Assembly (NCBI GenBank): GCA_947574255.1
Contig: CANPJT010000002.1
Location: 273 to 64,272, forward strand
DNA: 64,000 bases
Reading direction: 5' to 3'
From: an uncultured Mycoplasmatota bacterium
GTDB lineage: Bacteria > Bacillota_I > Bacilli_A > RF39 > UBA660
Part shown: positions 57,118 through 64,000 of the stretch, piece by piece
How positions within the stretch are numbered: the first letter of the stretch is position 1
Layout: each line of letters opens with the position of its first letter
Notes under the pieces: model-generated
Databases searched by the model: none
Told to the model about the DNA's origin: nothing
Seen by the model: the letters and a program-made list of their open reading frames with translations, nothing else
Translations under genes and position numbers: made by a program

Positions 57118-59067
57118 TTATTTCTTTTTCAAAGATCTTATTTTTATATCTTTGAATTGATTTTCTAATCTATTAAACATATGGGTTTTTTCATCTATTC
57201 CTATTCTCTTTAACGTGCTAACACTTCTTTTGCCACTTGGATCTAAAGGAAATGATTCTATATTATCTCTTATACGATAAAATAAGTTATCTATAACTTC
57301 TTTTGAAAATTTTGTTTTTAATCTTTCTGTAATACTTTTTATTATTTGCCTAGTACTTTTTTTTCTATAAGGTTGTAATTCAATATGACATATTAAATTA
57401 TTATCATTAGTTTTAATAACACTACATGATAAAACATTTTTAGTATCACATAAAATACAATCTTCAATTAAATAATATGGTATTATTTCTCCATTTGTTA
57501 GTTTTAAAAAACTATCCATTCTTCCTTTCATATGAATTCTTTCTGTTTCATCTTTATAAGAGTAAGTGCCAAGACTTAACCATTCACGATTATCTCTACT
57601 TGTAACTTTTATATTTTTATTTAATGATTCGTCAGTATATCCAATCATTTCACAGGGATTTTTAGCTACTAAGAGACCTGGTTCATTAGTTTTACAATAC
57701 TCTCCAAATTCATTTATTATTTCTACTTCAGCAAATTTATGTGGTGTTAAACCAAGACTTCTTTTATAAATTAAATGTTTTAATCTTTTTTCTTGTAGAG
57801 ATTTAAATAAAGTTACAAAAATACCACTACTTTCTGTTGTCCCACCACCTATTGAAAAAGTTATAGGTGCTAGAGGAAATGGTAATTTTTCAGTACCAAA
57901 TTTATGTTTTCTTGAGGTTAAGTTAAAGAATTTTTCTTCTCCAGGTGAACATCCTTCTCCAGTTACAGTTGGAAGCATTAAATATGGCATATTTATTTTT
58001 TGCCATGCAGGATCAAAATTTAATAATTTACATAAATGTCCCCAAAAGCCAACACTAGCTGGGACAAAATTAGGCTTATTGATATGAAGAGAATATGGAA
58101 AAAACTCTTTATTATAAAACGGTTCTAAAGCAAGTGTACAACCACAATATAAAGTATCTGATATTGCACATGAAAGTTCCATGTGGGTATATGTTGGAAT
58201 GTGAGCTAAAACACTCATATCTTTCATTGTAGGCATTCCTGAAACATCTGATTCTTTAAATCTTGATAGAGTTATATAACTACGATGAGCTTGTTTAACT
58301 CCTTTAGGCTCTCCAGGTTTTGTTGTACCACTTGTATAAGTAATAGTACATACATCATTTAAATCAACTTTTTCAAGTACCATTTTTTTATAATCTTGGC
58401 CAATTTCTATAAAAGATTTATTGTCATAAGTTTGACCATGAAAATCTTTTTTTATAAATTCAACATTATTATCTATTTTGTGAAATTTAGAATCTATTCT
58501 TTCATAATAATTTTTATTATTTTTAAATGAATCTGTTAAAGAAAAACAAACAAGACTATCTATGCTGCTAGCATTAATAGAATCTTTTATTTGTTCATAT
58601 GATATATCATCAATAAACATTATTTTACTTTTAGTTTTATTTAAAATATTGGTTAAATAATCTTTATCAAACCAATCTCCTACGATATGAGCTTTAGCTC
58701 CAATAAACATACACGCTATAAACATATAAATAAATTCAGGGGTATTAGTTATACAAATAGGTATTTCACTTCCCTTTTTAAATCCTAAGGCTTTTAATGA
58801 CTTAGCATATTTATATGCTTCATTAAACATTTCATAATATGTTATTTTTACTCCTCGATATAATAAAGCAGTTTTATTTAAGTTATTTTTATTTCTGTTA
58901 AAAAGTTCAATTGCTAAAGAATGGTTACGATTTTGATCGATATCTATTAAAGCTTTTTGCGCTTTTTTATTTATTTTATTACTAAAATTATATGGTTTTT
59001 TACATGACTTTTCATTTTGTTCAATTATTCTTTTTTCTTCTAAAAATTTGCTAAACATTTTGTTCAC
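57118..59067 (-). CDS. AMP-binding (adenylate-forming) enzyme, acyl-CoA synthetase-like
   Basis: 649 aa. The AMP-binding core TYTSGTTKPGEPKGV carries an insertion relative to TSGTTGxPKG. Also present are SIGGGTTES and a C-terminal KGR (MKGRMDSF). Confidence 0.7.
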   Translation of the reverse strand: MNKMFSKFLEEKRIIEQNEKSCKKPYNFSNKINKKAQKALIDIDQNRNHSLAIELFNRNKNNLNKTALLYRGVKITYYEMFNEAYKYAKSLKALGFKKGSEIPICITNTPEFIYMFIACMFIGAKAHIVGDWFDKDYLTNILNKTKSKIMFIDDISYEQIKDSINASSIDSLVCFSLTDSFKNNKNYYERIDSKFHKIDNNVEFIKKDFHGQTYDNKSFIEIGQDYKKMVLEKVDLNDVCTITYTSGTTKPGEPKGVKQAHRSYITLSRFKESDVSGMPTMKDMSVLAHIPTYTHMELSCAISDTLYCGCTLALEPFYNKEFFPYSLHINKPNFVPASVGFWGHLCKLLNFDPAWQKINMPYLMLPTVTGEGCSPGEEKFFNLTSRKHKFGTEKLPFPLAPITFSIGGGTTESSGIFVTLFKSLQEKRLKHLIYKRSLGLTPHKFAEVEIINEFGEYCKTNEPGLLVAKNPCEMIGYTDESLNKNIKVTSRDNREWLSLGTYSYKDETERIHMKGRMDSFLKLTNGEIIPYYLIEDCILCDTKNVLSCSVIKTNDNNLICHIELQPYRKKSTRQIIKSITERLKTKFSKEVIDNLFYRIRDNIESFPLDPSGKRSVSTLKRIGIDEKTHMFNRLENQFKDIKIRSLKKK

Positions 59068-59173
59068 TTCCTTATATTATACATTCACTATAGTATTATT
59101 TTTTTAATTTTTCAAGACAATTCAAAAAAAGCGTATCAAATATGATACGTTGTTTAAGTTAAATAAAATATGT

Positions 59174-59812
59174 TTATTTTTTGGTTGCTTCTAAGTAATT
59201 AATTTTAAACCCTAAATTCTTAAATTTTTGTTCATATTCAGTTTCGATATTAAAAATGTCTGTATTAGCTAAATCTAAAGATACCTTTTCAAAATAATAG
59301 CCAAAATTATTAAGGTTTTTTAAACTACTAGCAAAAAGAATAATATTATCAGTTTTTTGAATTATTCTTTTTTGCCCTTTAAATAATTTTTCATAAATTT
59401 CTAAGAAATTTTTACTAGTTAAACGGCGAAGTTCATGACGTTTTTTAGGCCATGGATCAGAAAAATTTAAATATATACAAGATAATTCATGATCAAATAC
59501 ATTATTTAAATTCTTAGCATCTATATTTATTAATCGTAGATTTTCTAAAGGCCTAGTCATAATTTTTTCAACAGCACGCACTAAAACACTTTCATATTTT
59601 TCAACACCTATAAAATTAATATTTGGATATTTTAAAGCCATTTCATAAATAAATTGCCCTTTTCCCATTCCTATTTCTAAATGAATTTCATTATTATTAT
59701 TAAAAATATGAGAAAATTTCCCTTTATATTTATCGGGATTTGAAATTATATATGGACAATTATCTATTATTTCTTTTGCATTTTTTACTTTTCTTAGTCG
59801 CACAAATATCAC
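59174..59812 (-). CDS. trmB: tRNA (guanine-N7)-methyltransferase
   Basis: LEIGMGKGQFI (SAM motif) and NFSDPWPKKRH (TrmB signature). Confidence 0.9.
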   Translation of the reverse strand: MIFVRLRKVKNAKEIIDNCPYIISNPDKYKGKFSHIFNNNNEIHLEIGMGKGQFIYEMALKYPNINFIGVEKYESVLVRAVEKIMTRPLENLRLINIDAKNLNNVFDHELSCIYLNFSDPWPKKRHELRRLTSKNFLEIYEKLFKGQKRIIQKTDNIILFASSLKNLNNFGYYFEKVSLDLANTDIFNIETEYEQKFKNLGFKINYLEATKK

Positions 59813-59861
59813 TACTTTCTAAAATTTAACATATATTATTAACATAAAGGGAGTGTTTTTA

Positions 59862-60179
59862 ATGAAAAAAGATCGTAATACATTTTTTAATGAATCTGGA
59901 TTTCAATCAAGTTATGGAAGTATGCCAAATTTTGGAATGCCAAATCCAATGAATAATGGTTTTGGTAGTCAAGCAAGCCAAAGTTTTTATGCTGGACCAA
60001 TGCCTAATACCACAATGAATAATAATAGCTCAAATGATTATATGAGTGATTTAGAATCAAGACTTGCCAAAATTGAACGCCAAATAAATCGTTTAGATGC
60101 TAGAATTAGTAAATTAGAATCTAAAGGCGTTGTTACTACGGAAAATTTTGATAATACTACAAATATGTATATGCTTTAA
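59862..60179 (+). CDS. Small Asn/Met/Pro-rich protein with a C-terminal coiled-coil
   Basis: The ORF has ATG 59862 (MKKDRNTFF). It combines a low-complexity region with LESRLAKIERQINRLDARISKLESK. Function unknown. Confidence 0.5.
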   Translation: MKKDRNTFFNESGFQSSYGSMPNFGMPNPMNNGFGSQASQSFYAGPMPNTTMNNNSSNDYMSDLESRLAKIERQINRLDARISKLESKGVVTTENFDNTTNMYML

Positions 60180-61837
60180 ATACTTAACTTACCAAGTGTA
60201 AGTTTTTTTATTATTTTATTTAAATAAACATTCCCAAAAACATGTTGTAATAAACCCATTTTATAAGATATTACTAAGTATGTTATAGCCCCAATTATAC
60301 TAACAAAAGCTATATAAAATATATTAAAAATTTTATTAATTGGAACAGGAATTAATATTTTAACAAATATTACAATTATTATCATAGCAGTTGTTGGAAG
60401 TAATATCTTAAAAAATGTTTTAATTGTATCATTATAATCTAATTTATGATCTTTTTTTAAAGTTTTTAAAGCAATTATAAATGCTACTATATAACCTGAT
60501 GCAGTCGCAAATATAGCTCCTAAATATGGAGCAAATCCTAAATATTTAAATAGATACATTAAAGGAATATTTAAAATCATATTAGTAATAAATCCTGTTA
60601 TTGTACTTTTGTATACTGTACTAAATTTGTTTAACCCTTGAAGAGTTGATGATGTGATAGTAAATAAATTAAAGAATAATGATACAAAAATGTGAATGGA
60701 AAAAATAGTTGGTCCAAGTGTGCTATAACCATAAAAAACATTCCAAACGCTTTTAGATAATAAAGATAAACCAACACACATTGGAATACAAATAATTAAG
60801 ATAAATTGTAATGCTTTATTGACTTTATTATTTACTTCATCCCATTTTTTTAAAGTATATGCCTCTACTATAGTAGGAATTAAGCTAGTAGTCATTCCTA
60901 ATGCTACAGAATTTACGATCATGCTAATTTTAGCACTCCATGTAGTTATAGCAGTTGTTGCAAATTCGATTGTTGTAGTTTTAAGCCCCATATTTTCTAA
61001 TGTTCTTAAAATCATTACCATGTCCATGAAATTATTAATAGATGCTGCTATAGCAATAATGATAAATGGAATAGCATAAGTTACTATTTTTTTAGAGATT
61101 TCTTTATTAGTAATCTTATCTTTTTTAAATTTTTCATTGAAGCCTAATTCACTTTTATTTTTCTGCATTTTTGAAAGTATATATACAATTGCAATTATTC
61201 CTCCAGCACAAGCCCCAAACACAGCGATTCCAATGGTAGTTCTTAATGATAAATGAAAGATATTTATTGCAATATAGCTTCCTCCTAAAATTACCATAAT
61301 TCTACCTATTTGTTCTAAAACCTGGCTAATAGATGAAACATTAATAATATTATGCCCTTGTAAAAAGCCTTTAGAAACACTCAAATAAGGAACTACTAAA
61401 ATTGCAAAAGAAACAGATCTTATAACAAATGTTACATCTTCGATCGTATTTCCACCACTTAAATCTCCTAAAATTAAAGATGCAATATTTTTAGCAAAAA
61501 TAAATAAAATAGTAAAAATACTAATTGATAAAATCGTGATAATTCTTTTACCAATTTTATAAGCCCGCATTTTAGCATCATATAATTTTAAAGTATTATA
61601 TTCTTTAATTATTTTACTTATGGCAATTGGTAACCCTGCACTTGATATATCTAAAAATATAATATATATGTTATAAGCATAAGCATAAAGTGCACTACCT
61701 CTTTCTCCAACCATGGCATAAAAAGGAATAACATAAAGCATTCCCATTATCTTAGTAATAATAATTGCTAATGTAGCAATGATTGTTCCTTCTAAAAAGC
61801 CACTTTTCTTCACTTTAAACCACTCATTCTTTTGCAC
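60176..61837 (-). CDS. MOP-superfamily flippase (MurJ/YtgP/SpoVB family)
   Basis: 553 aa with about 14 TM helices and an N-terminus typical of polysaccharide-biosynthesis/SpoVB proteins (GTIIATLAIIITKIMGMLYVIPF). Confidence 0.75.
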   Translation of the reverse strand: MQKNEWFKVKKSGFLEGTIIATLAIIITKIMGMLYVIPFYAMVGERGSALYAYAYNIYIIFLDISSAGLPIAISKIIKEYNTLKLYDAKMRAYKIGKRIITILSISIFTILFIFAKNIASLILGDLSGGNTIEDVTFVIRSVSFAILVVPYLSVSKGFLQGHNIINVSSISQVLEQIGRIMVILGGSYIAINIFHLSLRTTIGIAVFGACAGGIIAIVYILSKMQKNKSELGFNEKFKKDKITNKEISKKIVTYAIPFIIIAIAASINNFMDMVMILRTLENMGLKTTTIEFATTAITTWSAKISMIVNSVALGMTTSLIPTIVEAYTLKKWDEVNNKVNKALQFILIICIPMCVGLSLLSKSVWNVFYGYSTLGPTIFSIHIFVSLFFNLFTITSSTLQGLNKFSTVYKSTITGFITNMILNIPLMYLFKYLGFAPYLGAIFATASGYIVAFIIALKTLKKDHKLDYNDTIKTFFKILLPTTAMIIIVIFVKILIPVPINKIFNIFYIAFVSIIGAITYLVISYKMGLLQHVFGNVYLNKIIKKLTLGKLSI

Positions 61838-62009
61838 TATAAATTACCATAGCTGAAAAACAATAAATTTGTTCTTCCCCACAAATTCCTATAGCAACTT
61901 GATACTTAATATCAATTATATCACTATTTGTATTACTTAGAAAAGCATTTATTGAGTTTTCTAGGTCCCTTTCATGAGATTCATCAAATACTTTTATTTT
62001 CAATATCAA
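61824..62009 (-). CDS. cse60: Cse60-like sporulation protein
   Basis: 61 aa. KVFDESHERDLENSINAFL...IIDIKYQV...EEQIYCFSAMVIY resembles Bacillus Cse60. Confidence 0.6.
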   Translation of the reverse strand: MILKIKVFDESHERDLENSINAFLSNTNSDIIDIKYQVAIGICGEEQIYCFSAMVIYSAKE

Positions 62010-62153
62010 ACACCTCTTTTTATAGATTACTGCATAAATAATGCAAAAAAAGTCGAATTATAAGAAATTTTTGGCGTTCCATTCTTAATTGACAAATCAC
62101 ATAAAAAGATTTAGTATATTTAGTACTTATTACTTAAAAGGTGGAATTTAAAA

Positions 62154-62969
62154 ATGACCATAACTAATACTGAATTAAAACAAATGAATAAGTTAAATAT
62201 TGGCTCTAATTTTCATCAAGGAGGAGATATTTTTATTGAAAATGATTCTACGTTAATTAAAGCAACAACTGAAGATATTCATAAAAATGTTGATTACTTA
62301 ACTAAAATTCCTGATCATAAAAACGTAATTAAACCATTAGAAGAAGTGCAAATTTTAAATGAAGATAATAATAAAAAATACGAAACTGCTTATCGTATGC
62401 AATTTTTAAATAATGCAAAAACTTTAGTTTCTCTTTATAAACTAGATATTCCTTATGAAAAAAAATTAAAATATGCTAAAGATTTTTTTAATGGATTAAA
62501 ATTTTTGCATCAGTATCTTATTGTGGGAGATATTCATTCTAAAAATCTTCTTGTTAATGATGGTAATGCATATATAAGTGATTTAGATAATTTTAGAAAG
62601 CCAAAAGAAATTTTTACACCTATTTATTGTTACTACTATTTAAATGCTTTACAAAGTTATGGTAATAATAAATATACTGATATTATAAAAATGTATATTG
62701 AATGCTTATCTTTAATTTTAGAAATTAATTTTTCAAAAATTATTTTAATGTATGGATATCATGAGTTTTATAAAATCTTTACTTCTTACAATTTACCTGA
62801 TGAAGTATTAAGATTCTTTAAAGTTAGTAAAAATAAAAGTAATTTAAAAAAATTAGGTGAAAAAGCATATGATTTTGAAAGATTTATAAATCCAGAAATA
62901 TTAGAATTAAAAAGGAAATTAAGTTATTTAGAACCTGGTTGTCCAAAAAATAATAACTTTCAATTTTAA
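62154..62969 (+). CDS. Protein-kinase-like fold protein (CotS/APH-type)
   Basis: Catalytic-loop-like VGDIHSKNLLV and a metal-binding-like ISDLDN. Confidence 0.5.
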   Translation: MTITNTELKQMNKLNIGSNFHQGGDIFIENDSTLIKATTEDIHKNVDYLTKIPDHKNVIKPLEEVQILNEDNNKKYETAYRMQFLNNAKTLVSLYKLDIPYEKKLKYAKDFFNGLKFLHQYLIVGDIHSKNLLVNDGNAYISDLDNFRKPKEIFTPIYCYYYLNALQSYGNNKYTDIIKMYIECLSLILEINFSKIILMYGYHEFYKIFTSYNLPDEVLRFFKVSKNKSNLKKLGEKAYDFERFINPEILELKRKLSYLEPGCPKNNNFQF

Positions 62970-63195
62970 AATAAAAATCCATGACTAGAAGATGTGGTAT
63001 TTCGCTAAGGTACATAAGACCAAAATTATTAAGCTGCTTTACTCCTTGATAATCACATAGTCTTCTGAAATATCTTCCTAAATGGTGGTCACCAGTACTT
63101 ACAAAATATCTTTCTGTCCAAAAGCCATTTTTCAATTGCTACATAAAGAAAAAATGAGAAGTCAATAATTCTCATTTAATATTAATAAAATATAT

Positions 63196-64000
63196 CTATT
63201 TTAATATAAATGGTTTTTCACTTGAACCATCATTTTCGTTCTTAATTGTAATATTTGAATTTAAATAAACAACAGGCTTTACATCCTTATCATAAGTAAC
63301 ATGATTTCCTCCAGATGATCCCCAATAATTTATATCAAAAGCAAGTAGACTATTAGATTGGACAGGTGTAATTGACCATTGAGTTTTATCTTTTAACCAT
63401 ACCCAGTCATTTTCTATACATTCACTATTCCAATTATTATTTAATGAAGTAGTTATACAAATTTCTCTACTTACTGTAGAACCTCCCTTAGTCGCATATC
63501 CATAATCACTTGGATATATCAATCCAACTCTCCCTGTCCATTTTGTTGCATGATCATCAGGTACGTTTTCTCCTCTTTCGACCTCATAAAATTCTTTTAC
63601 TGTCGAAAATGATTCATTTTTACCACCTAACTTCCATACTGATTCACTTATCATATTCTTAGCTTCATTTGTTAACCCTGTCTCACTAAAATCACATGGT
63701 GTTGTTGCTCCACTATTTCCATATGGACAATCGCCGCTTATTCTATTATAGTATGCTCCTTCATTTAATATACCTTTTAACGAAGCTGTACTCCAATTAT
63801 TATTTCCATTACTATTCCAAGTCAAATTCCCAATACTTTCGCTTCTTATTATCTTAACTTTATCTTCTTTAGTTCCATCTGGATTCTCTATATCTTTCAT
63901 TACTCCTATTATTCGCCATAATTCATTATTAAATGATACATAATTGTTAGGGTTTGCTCCTATATATCTTAAATTACCAAAGTCATCTTCTACTAGCTCT
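63196..64000 (-). CDS. Secreted protein, paralog of 17025-18273; N-terminus lies beyond the window end
   Basis: The track ORF starts at an internal Met. The same frame stays open to nt 64000 (...ELVEDDFGNLRYIGANPNNYVSFNNELWRIIGVMKDIENPDG...). It is strongly similar to 17025-18273 along its length. Confidence 0.75.
   Translation of the reverse strand, partial: ELVEDDFGNLRYIGANPNNYVSFNNELWRIIGVMKDIENPDGTKEDKVKIIRSESIGNLTWNSNGNNNWSTASLKGILNEGAYYNRISGDCPYGNSGATTPCDFSETGLTNEAKNMISESVWKLGGKNESFSTVKEFYEVERGENVPDDHATKWTGRVGLIYPSDYGYATKGGSTVSREICITTSLNNNWNSECIENDWVWLKDKTQWSITPVQSNSLLAFDINYWGSSGGNHVTYDKDVKPVVYLNSNITIKNENDGSSEKPFILK

Noticed and set aside
1-64000. An alternative genetic code (Mollicutes-type TGA = Trp), considered because of the extreme AT-richness; also CRISPR arrays, rRNA and tRNA genes
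   Set aside because: Trp is encoded by TGG throughout, and TGA ends well-supported ORFs, for example the VirB4 N-domain ORF at 27590-27592. No repeat-spacer periodicity and no structured-RNA gene signatures were seen apart from the T-box leader.

Overview
All calls come from reading the sequence and the ORF track by eye. No HMM, BLAST or structure searches were run. The window is a very AT-rich, Firmicutes-type chromosomal segment using the standard genetic code (TGG = Trp, TGA terminates ORFs). The host is probably a spore-former: it carries a dacB-spmA-spmB operon, a CotY/CotZ-like protein, cse60 and a SpoVB/MurJ-family flippase. I found no rRNA, tRNA or CRISPR array, and no clear intact mobile-element genes.

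The flanks are ordinary housekeeping genes.
- Left flank: a P-type ATPase, a srtB-like sortase with an NPQTG substrate, dacB-spmAB, a NUDIX hydrolase, trpS, uppP, rmuC and a rhodanese.
- Right flank: cysE, ftsW/rodA, a Tyr T-box leading a CYTH-tyrS operon, YtxH/DUF948 genes, a hybrid histidine kinase, an AMP-binding enzyme, trmB and a murJ/spoVB-like gene.

The centre (about 20.45-45.38 kb) is a roughly 25 kb block of 23 co-directional minus-strand ORFs plus one pilin gene remnant.
- The promoter-proximal half looks like a Tad/Flp-type (type IVc) pilus module. It has a CpaB/RcpC-like protein, a CpaF/TadA-family ATPase, TadB- and TadC-like platform proteins, two Flp-like pilins plus a 5'-truncated third copy, two TadE/F-like pseudopilins and a TadZ-like protein.
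- The distal half looks like a Gram-positive conjugation-type T4SS. It has three VirB2-like proteins with Cys-rich ectodomains, VirB6-like and VirB3-like proteins, a split VirB4, a CwlT-like bifunctional wall hydrolase, a lipoprotein and a VirD4/TraG coupling protein.
- No relaxase, integrase, replication or partition gene is recognisable anywhere in the 64 kb.

This relaxase-less Tad + T4SS chimera is the main candidate for a novel system. Associated observations are:
- Cys-rich secreted proteins next to a membrane thioredoxin.
- A possible pilin cassette.
- A shared M[KR]EAxG leader on the pilins and pseudopilins.
- A three-member secreted-protein family. One member lies inside the locus. 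Another, outside it, is switched off by a G10 homopolymer.
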